11,896 nucleotides of DNA from Gammaproteobacteria bacterium (GTDB lineage Bacteria > Pseudomonadota > Gammaproteobacteria > JAJDYQ01), in NCBI GenBank assembly GCA_026196145.1, contig JAPHTU010000085.1:1-11896 (forward strand), in the 5' to 3' direction. The notes under the pieces are model-generated. The model was given only the letters and a program-made list of their open reading frames with translations. It was not told where the DNA came from and did not search any database. Below are positions 1 through 8,494 of the stretch, one piece after another; positions within the stretch are counted from its first letter, which is position 1, and each line of letters opens with the position of its first letter. The position numbers and the translations under genes are program-made.

Positions 1-624
1 TATGACCTGCCGGATGACGTGAGCATCATTCATGATCATGGTGTGACCGCAGTGAACGACGATAAAGTCTTTCATCTCCTTTAATCGGGCGCTCTCTACG
101 CTCACCAGTCCGTCATTCTTGCCCGGAATCCATCCTGAGGTCGGCAGGTAACGCTCATTATCACCTGCAACAATCCCGATTTCGCATGCAAGTGGTTCAA
201 GCTGATTCGGAACACTGTTGCTGCCTGTCCCCAGTTGCTGGCCTGCCGGCCCGTCAAGCCACTGGAAACTCTTCCAGTTCCTGAGTTTATCGGCTACCTC
301 ACTGCCATGATTGGGTGGTGCCAGCATAACGACACGGCTACCTGCCGGTAGTGTATTTGACTGCAGATACTGTCGGACAAGAATTCCTCCCAGTGAATGC
401 GTTACAAAGTGCAGAGGTTGTTGTGTATGTTGCAGCCTCTGCACCACAGGCTTGACGTATTTATCGGCCAGCCACTGGATATTATGACGAGTGGAAGGGT
501 AGTCCACGTTATGGACCTGAAAGCCGGCTTGCTTGAGTGCGCGTGACAGCCACCACATGGATAGCCAACTGCGTCCCAGACCATGAAGAACAACGACGTG
601 GTGGTTTTTTTTCTGCTTGCCCAT
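1..624 (-). CDS. alpha/beta-fold hydrolase (esterase/lipase-like), 3'-partial; C-terminus lies beyond the window edge
   Basis: Minus-strand frame is open from the ATG at 622-624 to position 1 (about 208 codons). Translation begins MGKQKKNHHVVVLHGLGRSW...PLHFVTHSLGGILVRQYLQ. It has an HGxG oxyanion-like N-terminus and a GxSxG nucleophile elbow (HSLGG), which is typical of small alpha/beta hydrolases. This partial ORF is not in the supplied ORF track. Confidence 0.75.
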   Translation of the reverse strand, partial: MGKQKKNHHVVVLHGLGRSWLSMWWLSRALKQAGFQVHNVDYPSTRHNIQWLADKYVKPVVQRLQHTQQPLHFVTHSLGGILVRQYLQSNTLPAGSRVVMLAPPNHGSEVADKLRNWKSFQWLDGPAGQQLGTGSNSVPNQLEPLACEIGIVAGDNERYLPTSGWIPGKNDGLVSVESARLKEMKDFIVVHCGHTMIMNDAHVIRQVI

Positions 625-680
625 ATATGATGAAAGGGTTAGTTTGGGAACATAATAATTAACCGTAACATCAGATTTTA

Positions 681-695
681 CCGGAGGATGGGTAT
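681..695 (+). promoter_or_regulatory. Shine-Dalgarno site (GGAGGA, 683-688) for the flotillin-like gene, inside a 71-bp divergent promoter region shared with the hydrolase gene
   Basis: GGAGGA lies 7 nt upstream of the ATG at 696. The AT-rich stretch 625-680 between the divergent starts is the likely position of both promoters. Confidence 0.6.
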
Positions 696-2396
696 ATGTT
701 AATTGCTGTCTTGAGTCTGCTGGCGCTGGTGCTGGGTATTGGCACCCTGGTGGGTAGTGCGTTTGTCAAAATTGGGCCGATGAACAGGGTCGTCGGTACC
801 GGAAAGCAGCGTGTCGTTGCCATTCTGTTGCTGGTAATCGGTATTAGCGGTTTTGTTTCTCGCTCATTTGTCACCATCGGGCCGGATTCTATTGGTACAT
901 TGACCCGGGTTTATTTTGATTCGAATATGTCGCCCGGGCAGGTGGTTGCACTGGATGGCGAAAAAGGCCCACAGGCCAAGATTCTGCCACCGGGTTTTCA
1001 TTTCATTCCCTTTATCAATGTCCTTTACGATGTGCAGGAGCAGCCAATCGTAGAGGTGCCAGAAGGTGGCTATGGCTTGCTGGTGGCCAAGGATGGTAAG
1101 CCACTCCGTGATGGCCAGTTTATTGCGGATCCCTGGGCGGAAGACAAGTTTACCGATATGTTAAATGGAGAATATTTCCTGACAGATGGTAATGGACAGA
1201 AGGGGCCACAACTGACCGTGTTACGCCCGGGACGTTATCGTATCAACCCCTTCCTGTTCTCTGTGCAGATGCACCGGGCGCTGGATGTACCAACCGGACA
1301 TGTGGCCGTCATCCGCTCAAACGTGGAGACCGCAACCAATTGTCCGGCTGCCGGAGAACTGTTGAACCAGTCCGGTGCTGGCACCGGTGTTGCGTTATCA
1401 GCACCACTGGTACCGACAGGTTGTGTCGGGGTATGGGACAAGCCCAAGGCACCGGGTCGTTATTACCTGAACAACAAGGCCTATGTCTCGACCATTATCC
1501 CGACACGTGTGCAGACATGGAGTTACAGAGGTGGTTATACCGCGCGTAAGATTAATCTTGTTGTCGGTGACAATGGCAAGATCTCACAACGAGAAGAACA
1601 GAAGAAGGTGCCGGTACCCGAGAATGCTGCGGCACAGGCAATTAATGTGCGCGTGGAGGGCTGGACGATTCCGGTCGAGATGCGGGTTACCATACAGGTC
1701 CATCCGGATGACGCGCCGCGAGTAGTGGCTTCAGTCGGTGATTTACAGCGCGTTGAGGATAATATTGTGACTCCTGCAATTCGTGACATCCTGCGTACCA
1801 TTGGCGGGCACCCGGACCGCAAGGTGCTGGATTTGATCGAGAAACGTGGTGAACTGGTTTCCCTGGTTGAGCAGGCTGTGGCGCCGGAAGGTTTGAAGGC
1901 CGGTGTCACCATTCAGGAAGTGCGTATGGGCGAGCCGGCGATACCGCCTGAACTGCTGGTGGCGACCCTGCGTGAACAATTGGCGACCCAGCTACGACAA
2001 ACCTATATCGAAGAGCAGGCCGCACAGAAGGAGCGGATTGAAGTGGAGCGCGAGCGGGCGACGGCGGACCAGCAGGCAATACTGGTGAAGGCCGAAATTG
2101 AAAAGGCCGCCGCCGAGTTTCAGAAGGAGCGTCTGCGCCTGGAAGGCGAGGGTGAAAAGCTCAAGTTAATCGAGATTGCCCAGGGTCAGAAGGCACAGGT
2201 ACAGGTATTGGGTGAAGACCGCGTACTGGAATTACAGATGCTAAAAGAGGCGTTGTCTGCGGCCAAGGAGCAACCCGACATCGTCAAGATTCCCCAGGTT
2301 TATGTGAGCGGTTCGGGCACCTCCCTGGAGGGCGCGGCAGCTATACTGGGTGCCTCCAATCTGGTCAGAACGATCAAGCCTGCGGCAAAAAAATAA
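696..2396 (+). CDS. flotillin-like SPFH/band-7 domain membrane protein (YqiK/FloT-type), 566 aa
   Basis: Hydrophobic N-terminal segments are followed by a (S)FVxIGP entry motif like that which begins the SPFH domain in YqiK/FloT. After a globular region comes a long Glu/Ala/Gln/Lys-rich coiled coil (EEQAAQKERIEVERERATADQQAILVKAEIEKAAAEFQKERLRLEGEGEK), characteristic of flotillin EA-repeat regions. The C-terminus ends in a Lys-rich tail. A strong RBS is present. Confidence 0.75.
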   Translation: MLIAVLSLLALVLGIGTLVGSAFVKIGPMNRVVGTGKQRVVAILLLVIGISGFVSRSFVTIGPDSIGTLTRVYFDSNMSPGQVVALDGEKGPQAKILPPGFHFIPFINVLYDVQEQPIVEVPEGGYGLLVAKDGKPLRDGQFIADPWAEDKFTDMLNGEYFLTDGNGQKGPQLTVLRPGRYRINPFLFSVQMHRALDVPTGHVAVIRSNVETATNCPAAGELLNQSGAGTGVALSAPLVPTGCVGVWDKPKAPGRYYLNNKAYVSTIIPTRVQTWSYRGGYTARKINLVVGDNGKISQREEQKKVPVPENAAAQAINVRVEGWTIPVEMRVTIQVHPDDAPRVVASVGDLQRVEDNIVTPAIRDILRTIGGHPDRKVLDLIEKRGELVSLVEQAVAPEGLKAGVTIQEVRMGEPAIPPELLVATLREQLATQLRQTYIEEQAAQKERIEVERERATADQQAILVKAEIEKAAAEFQKERLRLEGEGEKLKLIEIAQGQKAQVQVLGEDRVLELQMLKEALSAAKEQPDIVKIPQVYVSGSGTSLEGAAAILGASNLVRTIKPAAKK

Positions 2397-2479
2397 TGCG
2401 ATCGGAAGATATATAGGTGAACTAGTGAGGCAATACGCTGTCTACTTGGGACGTCCATGTTGAAGCTCAGGTAAGTGTT

Positions 2480-3046
2480 ATGAATAAGGTATTCCCAGTA
2501 TTAGGTGTTGTTGCCATTACCGCCCTTGTGGCGTTGGGTGGGGTGGTTGCCGCAGATAAGCAGGCGGTAGAAGTAAAGTCTGTGGCGGTTGCAGAAAAGT
2601 ACCGGAATTTTCAAAAACCTTCAGATGCCGAGCTAAAAAAACGCCTGACCCCGCTGCAATACAAGGTGACCCAGCATGAGGGCACTGAACGCCCCTTCAA
2701 GAATGACTTCTGGGATAACAAGCGTGAAGGTATATATGTCGATATCGTATCGGGCGAGCCTTTATTCAGTTCTGCGGACAAGTTTAAATCGGGTACGGGT
2801 TGGCCAAGTTTTACCCGGCCGATTGCCCCGAATGCCCTTACCGAGCATACCGATCGCAGTTTTTTTATGACCCGTGTCGAGTTAAAAAGTACGGCGGCAC
2901 AGTCCCATCTCGGGCACGTGTTCGAAGATGGGCCACAACCGACCGGATTACGTTATTGCATTAATTCAGCCTCTTTACGCTTTATCCCGAAAGAGGATAT
3001 GGCGAGGGAAGGGTATGCGGAATTTTTATCGAGCCTGAATAAATAA
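2480..3046 (+). CDS. msrB: peptide-methionine (R)-S-oxide reductase MsrB (SelR domain) with N-terminal signal peptide or membrane anchor
   Basis: SelR signature motifs are present: [33 protein letters not shown] and [11 protein letters not shown] (catalytic Cys). The N-terminus [25 protein letters not shown]|DK looks like a Sec signal peptide or anchor. RBS AGGTAAG lies upstream of the ATG at 2480. Confidence 0.88.
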   Translation: MNKVFPVLGVVAITALVALGGVVAADKQAVEVKSVAVAEKYRNFQKPSDAELKKRLTPLQYKVTQHEGTERPFKNDFWDNKREGIYVDIVSGEPLFSSADKFKSGTGWPSFTRPIAPNALTEHTDRSFFMTRVELKSTAAQSHLGHVFEDGPQPTGLRYCINSASLRFIPKEDMAREGYAEFLSSLNK

Positions 3047-3051
3047 TTACG

Positions 3052-3882
3052 CTAGTCATCGATACGCATGGACAGGTCAACGGCCTGGATATTCTTGGTG
3101 ATACTGCCAGTCGATATATAGTCCACGCCGGTCTCGGCTATCTGCGCAATATTATCCAGTGTGATATTGCCCGAGGCCTCCAGCTGATTGCAGCCACAGT
3201 TAAATTCACATACGGCATTGAGCTGATCCAGGGAAAAGTTATCCAGTAGTATGCGATCAGGCCCGGCATCTATTGCCTGCTCGAATTCGGCCATATTTTC
3301 GACTTCCACCTCGACAAACATGCCAGGGTTTTGTTCGCGCGCCTTGCCGATTGCCTTGCGGATAGAGCCCGCTGCGGAGATATGGTTCTCCTTGATCAGG
3401 ATGGCGTCATACAGGCCAATCCGGTGATTGACGCCACCACCGCATCGAACGGCATATTTTTGTGCAAGCCTGAGACCCGGGATAGTTTTGCGCGTATCCA
3501 GTATTTTGCAGCTGGTATGCGCAATGGCGTCTACGTATTTCGCAGTGATGGTTGCGGTGGCAGACAGGGTCTGCAGGAAATTCAGTGCGGTCCGTTCGCC
3601 GGTCAGCAAGGTAGCGGCATTTCCCTGCAGCTTGCAGAGAGCGCTATCGGCCAGTACGCGGTCGCCATCTGAATACAGCCATTCGATTTGGATATTGGTG
3701 TCTAGCTGACGGAATACCTCGCCAAACCAGGCGGTGCCACAGAGCACGGCATCTTCCCGGCAAATGACCTGGGCGGTACTGATGGCCGGTTCGAGCAGGG
3801 CCGCTGTTTTATCTCCATCTCCGACGTCTTCCTCCAGCGCTGTACACACCGATGCGGCGATATTTCCGGGTAATTCAGGCAT
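3052..3882 (-). CDS. nadC: nicotinate-nucleotide pyrophosphorylase [carboxylating] (quinolinate phosphoribosyltransferase)
   Basis: 276-aa product has the motifs LTGERTALNFLQ, DTRKTIPGLR, KYAVRCGGGVNHRIGLYDAILIKENH and a VEVEVE...LDNF beta-barrel segment, all diagnostic of type II PRTase NadC. It is convergent with msrB, with stop codons only 5 nt apart. Confidence 0.88.
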   Translation of the reverse strand: MPELPGNIAASVCTALEEDVGDGDKTAALLEPAISTAQVICREDAVLCGTAWFGEVFRQLDTNIQIEWLYSDGDRVLADSALCKLQGNAATLLTGERTALNFLQTLSATATITAKYVDAIAHTSCKILDTRKTIPGLRLAQKYAVRCGGGVNHRIGLYDAILIKENHISAAGSIRKAIGKAREQNPGMFVEVEVENMAEFEQAIDAGPDRILLDNFSLDQLNAVCEFNCGCNQLEASGNITLDNIAQIAETGVDYISTGSITKNIQAVDLSMRIDD

Positions 3883-4024
3883 TTGTTAATATTAATTCCG
3901 CTGAAGTGGGGCCATATTCTAACAACTTTTGCAGCCAGTATTTTGGATGCCGGCTTGTACTGCCGCTTCACATTTGATACTAAGGGCCACCAATTATTAC
4001 AGGATAGTAAAAGAGAGGGTTTCT

Positions 4025-5557
4025 ATGCCGTTATTGCGCCGCATCATGCAGCTTGCCGGGTTTGTTCTGCTGTTTTCGTTTTCCCTGCCATTATGGGCAA
4101 ACGGGATGAATGAATTTTTTGGTGAGGTAAACGGATATCTCGCCAATGTGCTGTTCTTTGATGTGGGATTCGGCATCGGCATGCCCTTTATTGTGGCGTG
4201 GCTAATTGTGGGCGCGGTTTTTCTGACGGTACGTATGGGATTTATCAACCTGCGGCTGTTGGGACACTCCGTCAAGATACTCCGGGGAAAATATGCCCGC
4301 CCCGATGATGAGGGTGAGGTAACCCCGTTCCAGGCGCTAACCACCGCGCTGTCTGCGACGGTTGGCCTGGGCAATATCGCGGGTGTTGCAATCGCGGTAT
4401 CCATTGGCGGACCTGGCGCGACCTTCTGGATGATTATTGCGGGCTTGCTCGGCATGACCTCCAAATTCACTGAGGCGACGCTGGCGCAGACCTACCGTGA
4501 AGTTCGTCCTGATGGACATGTAATGGGTGGCGCGATGGAGTACCTGTCGCGTGGTTTTGCAGAAAGGGGTATGCCACGGCTGGGCTATGGCTTGGCGATA
4601 TTGTTTTCTGTGCTCGCTATTGGCGGCTCTCTGGGGGCGGGCAATGCATTTCAGGTTAGTCAGTCGCTGAGTGCAGTCCAACAGACCATTCCATGGTTGA
4701 ATGGCTACGCCTGGGTGTTTGGCACGATTATGGCCGTGCTGGTCGGTATCGTCATCATCGGGGGTATAAAACGAATTGCCCATGTTGCAGAAGCACTGGT
4801 ACCCACCATGGTGATTATTTATTTGTTGGCGGCCCTGTGGATTATTCTGAGCAATGTTTCACTGGTTCCGGAGGCATTTGGTGCCATCCTGGAAGGGGCC
4901 TTTAGCATGGAGGCCGGTATCGGCGGACTGATCGGCGTTATCGTTCAGGGTTTCAAGCGCGCTGCATTCTCCAGTGAGGCAGGCATCGGCTCTGCCGCCA
5001 TCGCCCACGCGACTGCGCAATCACATTACCCTGTACGCCAGGGGATTGTCGCCCTGCTGGAACCCTTTATCGATACCGTGGTTATCTGCACCATGACCGC
5101 ATTGGTAATTATTATTACGGGTGTTTATAACGCACCTGAATATGCTGCACTGGTCGAAGGTAGCCAGGGAGCGGCACTGACTTCGGTGGCATTTGGCTCG
5201 GTCATTTCCTGGTTTCCGGTAGTGCTCTCCATCTGTGTCGTATTATTCGCCTACAGTACGATGATCTCCTGGTCTTACTACGGGGAACGTTGCTGGAGCT
5301 TTATCTTCGGCGAGCGCGGATCGATGATCTACAAGATCACCTTCGTGGTGTTTATCGTGATTGGCTCCGTGACGCACGCCGGCAATATACTGGATTTCAG
5401 TGACCTGTTGATTCTGGCGATGGCTTTTCCGAACTTCGTTGCACTGTATATGTTCAGTGGCAAGGTCAAGGGTATGCTGGATGAATACCTGGCCAAACTG
5501 AAGAGTGGGGAGCTGGATGCTGAAGTTCGTAATGCCTCTCAACCAAATGCTGGCTAG
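4025..5557 (+). CDS. alanine/glycine:cation symporter (AGCS) family amino-acid carrier
   Basis: The AGCS signature [55 protein letters not shown] is present, with 10 or more predicted TM segments. I chose the ATG at 4025 because it follows a strong SD (AGAGAGGG, 5-nt spacer). The ORF-track start at 3929 has no RBS. The canonical AGCS N-terminus ([10 protein letters not shown]) would start at 4106, which is an alternative start. Confidence 0.82.
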   Translation: MPLLRRIMQLAGFVLLFSFSLPLWANGMNEFFGEVNGYLANVLFFDVGFGIGMPFIVAWLIVGAVFLTVRMGFINLRLLGHSVKILRGKYARPDDEGEVTPFQALTTALSATVGLGNIAGVAIAVSIGGPGATFWMIIAGLLGMTSKFTEATLAQTYREVRPDGHVMGGAMEYLSRGFAERGMPRLGYGLAILFSVLAIGGSLGAGNAFQVSQSLSAVQQTIPWLNGYAWVFGTIMAVLVGIVIIGGIKRIAHVAEALVPTMVIIYLLAALWIILSNVSLVPEAFGAILEGAFSMEAGIGGLIGVIVQGFKRAAFSSEAGIGSAAIAHATAQSHYPVRQGIVALLEPFIDTVVICTMTALVIIITGVYNAPEYAALVEGSQGAALTSVAFGSVISWFPVVLSICVVLFAYSTMISWSYYGERCWSFIFGERGSMIYKITFVVFIVIGSVTHAGNILDFSDLLILAMAFPNFVALYMFSGKVKGMLDEYLAKLKSGELDAEVRNASQPNAG

Positions 5558-6462
5558 CCTTTAAGCAGAAACTCCAGTAATGCCTTTTGTGAGTGCAGGC
5601 GATTCTCTGCCTCGTTCCATACCACGCTCTGCGGGCCATCAATCACCTCGGCTGTTACCTCTTCGCCGCGGTGTGCAGGCAGGCAATGCATAAAGAGTGC
5701 ATCACTGTCGGCAGCTGCCATCAGTTCCCGGTTGACCTGATAGGGCTCAAACACACCGGCCCGGTCATCCTGTTCCTCTTCCTGTCCCATACTGGCCCAG
5801 ACGTCGGTGACCAGTAAATTCGAGTCCCTGGATGCCGTAGCAGGGTCGCGAATGATTGCTGCATGCTCGCCGGCAGCCTGCAATATGGTGGTGTCCGGGT
5901 CATAGCCTTCCGGGCAAGCAATGTTCAGTTTAAAGTCGAGTAGCTGGGCTGCATGGATCCAGGAGTGGCACATATTATTGCCATCGCCTATCCATGTAAC
6001 CGTTGCCCCCTGAATGGAATCGTGGTGCTCAAACCAGGTTTGCAGATCAGCCAGTAGCTGGCAGGGATGCTCGAGATCGGTCAGGCCGTTAATTACCGGT
6101 ACGGATGAATACTCGGCAAAGGTGGTTATTTTTTCATGTTCAAAGGTCCGGACCATGATGATGTCTACCATGCTGGACAATACGCGTGCGGTATCTTCAA
6201 TCGGTTCTCCCCGTCCCAGTTGTGTATCGCGTGGGGAAAGGAATAGCGCACTGCCGCCCAGTTGATTCATACCCGCTTCGAACGAAACTCGCGTACGGGT
6301 CGAAGATTTTTCAAATATCATTGCCAGCACATGATTCTTCAGGGTCGTGTGATCCTGGTGGTTATGTTGCAGTTGCTTAAGTTCTGCAGCGCGCTGCAAT
6401 AGTCCGTTTAATTCATCGGCGGACAGGTCCAGCAGGGACAGGAAATGACGGGTATTACTCAT
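5554..6462 (-). CDS. argF: ornithine carbamoyltransferase
   Basis: STRTRVSFE carbamoyl-phosphate-binding motif, HPCQ ornithine-binding motif and [11 protein letters not shown]. The product is 302 aa. It sits immediately downstream of argD on the same strand. Confidence 0.9.
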   Translation of the reverse strand: MSNTRHFLSLLDLSADELNGLLQRAAELKQLQHNHQDHTTLKNHVLAMIFEKSSTRTRVSFEAGMNQLGGSALFLSPRDTQLGRGEPIEDTARVLSSMVDIIMVRTFEHEKITTFAEYSSVPVINGLTDLEHPCQLLADLQTWFEHHDSIQGATVTWIGDGNNMCHSWIHAAQLLDFKLNIACPEGYDPDTTILQAAGEHAAIIRDPATASRDSNLLVTDVWASMGQEEEQDDRAGVFEPYQVNRELMAAADSDALFMHCLPAHRGEEVTAEVIDGPQSVVWNEAENRLHSQKALLEFLLKG

Positions 6463-6468
6463 AATAAT

Positions 6469-7653
6469 TTAATTCGTATTTTCGGAAAGGAATGCTGTAA
6501 CCAGGCCGCTGACGATTTCAATAATCTGGTCTGCCTGCGGCTTATCAATGATGAGGGGTGGCAACAGCCTGATACGGTTACCCCCGGCCACATTGATCAG
6601 CAGTTTCTGCTCCAGGGCACGCTGTACCAGTTCGGCGCAGTCATGCTCGAGCTCAATGGCCAGCATGAGACCTTTCGCCCGAATATCACTGACACCTTCA
6701 ACACCCTGCAGTTTATCCCTGAAACCATCTAGCAGGTATTGGCCCATGTTGCGGGTGTTCTCCAGCAGGTTGTCCTGCTCGATGGTATTGATCACGGCCA
6801 GTGCGGCACGACAGGACAACGGGTTGCCACCAAAGGTCGAGCCATGGTTGCCCGGAGCAAAGGTACTGGCGGCCTTGCCCTGCGCCAAACAGGCCCCTAT
6901 CGGTACGCCATTGCCGAGGGCCTTGGCCAGCGTCATGACATCCGGTTGAATACCATAGTGCTGAAAGGCAAACCATTCTCCGGTCCTGCCCATGCCAGTC
7001 TGGATTTCATCCAGCATCAGTAACCAGTCATGCTCGTCGCAGATTGCGCGCAGCTGGTTCAGGTAATCGTCGGCAGGGATGTTTACTCCGCTTTCACCCT
7101 GTATCGGTTCAACCAGAATGGCGACGATATCGTGGTTATTTTCTGCCACGGCGCGCACGGCATCCACATCATTGTAGGGAACCCTGACAAAGCCCTGTAC
7201 CAGGGGTTCAAACCCGGCCTGCACCTTGCGATTTCCGGTGGCGCTCAGTGTGGCCATGGTACGGCCATGAAAACTATCCTCCATCACGATGATGGTTGGC
7301 TTTTCTATGCCCTTGTGGTGCCCATGCAGGCGGGCCAGTTTAATGGCCGCCTCGTTGGCCTCGGCACCGGAGTTACCAAAAAAAACGGCATCCATGCCAC
7401 TTAAGGCCGTGAGCTTGTCCGCCAGTTGTTGCTGCAGATCAATACCGTACAGGTTGGATGTATGCAGGAGTTTTTCTGCCTGTTCACAGATAGCCGCGGT
7501 AATTGCCGGGTGCGAGTGTCCCAAGCCACAGACCGCGATACCGGTCAGTGCATCCAGGTATTCGTCACCATTGCTATCGAACAGGCTGGCGCCCTTGCCA
7601 TGGGTGAAATTTACGGCAAGGCGATTGTATGTGGTCATGAGTGAATTGGTCAT
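6469..7653 (-). CDS. argD: acetylornithine aminotransferase (class III PLP-dependent aminotransferase)
   Basis: Class-III aminotransferase motifs are present: GIAVCGLGH, LLMLDEIQTGMGRTGEWFA and the TLAKALGNG Lys-PLP region. It is adjacent to argF, 6 nt upstream of it. An alternative start at Met6 (7638) is possible. Confidence 0.85.
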   Translation of the reverse strand: MTNSLMTTYNRLAVNFTHGKGASLFDSNGDEYLDALTGIAVCGLGHSHPAITAAICEQAEKLLHTSNLYGIDLQQQLADKLTALSGMDAVFFGNSGAEANEAAIKLARLHGHHKGIEKPTIIVMEDSFHGRTMATLSATGNRKVQAGFEPLVQGFVRVPYNDVDAVRAVAENNHDIVAILVEPIQGESGVNIPADDYLNQLRAICDEHDWLLMLDEIQTGMGRTGEWFAFQHYGIQPDVMTLAKALGNGVPIGACLAQGKAASTFAPGNHGSTFGGNPLSCRAALAVINTIEQDNLLENTRNMGQYLLDGFRDKLQGVEGVSDIRAKGLMLAIELEHDCAELVQRALEQKLLINVAGGNRIRLLPPLIIDKPQADQIIEIVSGLVTAFLSENTN

Positions 7654-7676
7654 TGGTTAATTCTGTCTGTAAATCA

Positions 7677-7712
7677 ATACGAAAAGCCTTAAAAGCAAAA
7701 GGCAGCATCAAT
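7677..7712 (-). terminator. rho-independent terminator-like hairpin on the minus strand (9-bp stem GGCAGCATC/GATGCTGCC, AATA loop, then UUUUGCUUUU)
   Basis: A perfect 9-bp stem spans 7691-7699 and 7704-7712. On the minus strand it is followed by TTTTGCTTTT (reverse complement of 7681-7690). It lies only about 25 nt upstream of the argD start, so it may serve as a second terminator for the upstream gene or as a leader/attenuator structure for argD. Confidence 0.55.
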
Positions 7713-7767
7713 AGATGCTGCCCTCAGGGCGTATATTGTGACGAAACGCGTGCCATGACAAGCCCCT

Positions 7768-7804
7768 AAAACAAAAAAACCCGGCCATAGGGCCGGGTTT
7801 TTTG
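7768..7804. terminator. bidirectional rho-independent terminator (A-run, CCCGGCC-ATAG-GGCCGGG, T-run)
   Basis: The sequence AAAACAAAAAAA-CCCGGCC-ATAG-GGCCGGG-TTTTTTG forms a GC-rich 7-bp stem flanked by an A-tract and a T-tract, so it works on either strand. It sits 16 nt downstream of the stop of the 7820-8416 minus-strand gene. Confidence 0.8.
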
Positions 7805-7819
7805 CGATGCCGGATTGTC

Positions 7820-8416
7820 CTAGAAAGGTAATCCGTGTGCATACGCGGTCATGCCCAACAGCATGGGGATAGACAGCATAGTGTTGACGCGGGAGGCGGT
7901 ACCGGCAATTACCTTCGCCTTTGCCTTTGCTTCGTCAGTAGCTTCAACAATACCCAGTACTTTTTTCTGGTTAGGCCAGATCAGCACCCAGACGTTGAAC
8001 AACATGATGGTACCCATCCAGGCACCCATACCAATAACTGCCATGCCATCAGAAAGCATGAAGGCATTGATGAGGCCTTGCATACCACCGCCCAGCTGAG
8101 CCAGTGCGCTTGCACCGGTTAACCAGGTGATCAGGGCAGCCCAGCGGAACCACAGCAGGGCGCGGGGAGCGACATATTTGCCAATTGCAGCAGGGCCGGG
8201 GCCATCAGAATCGGCGAGTCCGGCAGCCATGGCCTGGACCTGCACGAAGTTGAAGTAGTACAGCAAGCCGATCCAGATGATGCCGACAAAGGCGTGGATC
8301 CAGACGACAATCTGAAGGCCATTGATACCCGAGCCACCGCCCAGCATGAAGGTAAAAATAATCGCAAGTATCAGGCCCGATACCAGCGTACCTGTTACAG
8401 TTTTTAAGGGGTTCAT
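7820..8416 (-). CDS. hypothetical polytopic inner-membrane protein (198 aa, about 5 TM); possible HemJ/CopD-superfamily-like motif
   Basis: The product is strongly hydrophobic with Gly-rich helices. One segment, VVWIHAFVGIIWIGLLYYFNF, resembles the H-x6-W-x-G-L-x-Y helix of HemJ/CopD-type proteins. There is no CxxCH motif. The ATG at 8416 follows ACGGAG, and the gene has its own terminators downstream. The family assignment is tentative. Confidence 0.65.
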   Translation of the reverse strand: MNPLKTVTGTLVSGLILAIIFTFMLGGGSGINGLQIVVWIHAFVGIIWIGLLYYFNFVQVQAMAAGLADSDGPGPAAIGKYVAPRALLWFRWAALITWLTGASALAQLGGGMQGLINAFMLSDGMAVIGMGAWMGTIMLFNVWVLIWPNQKKVLGIVEATDEAKAKAKVIAGTASRVNTMLSIPMLLGMTAYAHGLPF

Positions 8417-8494
8417 CTATTTCTCCGTAGTTTTATTGGGCTATGCCCTATGCGAATAATTCCTGAGTAAAACACTCGGTTATTCTTGCGGCGC

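Noticed and set aside
605-612. A8/T8 homopolymer in codons 4-6 of the hydrolase gene as a possible slipped-strand phase-variation switch
   Set aside because: An 8-nt A/T run is below the length usually associated with phase variation. An equivalent A8 run occurs inside the housekeeping argD (7364-7371), so such tracts are simply tolerated in this genome.
1235-2088. Multiple 60-125-aa ORFs on both strands inside the flotillin gene (for example 1535..1912 -, 1483..1725 +, 1743..1979 -)
   Set aside because: They are shadow ORFs overlapping a well-supported 566-aa CDS. They are Arg/Cys/Ser-rich with low-complexity composition and have no RBSs.
3929-4024. ORF-track start (3929) giving a 542-aa transporter
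   Set aside because: There is no RBS at 3929, and the added residues (MQPVFWMPACTAASHLILRATNYYRIVKERVS) do not look like protein. The ATG at 4025 has a strong SD. The upstream region is the divergent nadC/transporter promoter.
6445-7660. Antisense ORFs over argD/argF (for example 6548..6949 +, 7030..7404 +, 7289..7660 +)
   Set aside because: They overlap strongly supported arg genes on the opposite strand. Their GC-skewed third-position pattern fits the minus-strand genes, not these.
7709-7719. Small alternative hairpin GCCC-TCA-GGGC overlapping the right arm of the 7691-7712 stem
   Set aside because: It has only a 4-bp stem, too weak to claim an antiterminator/terminator switch without conservation data.
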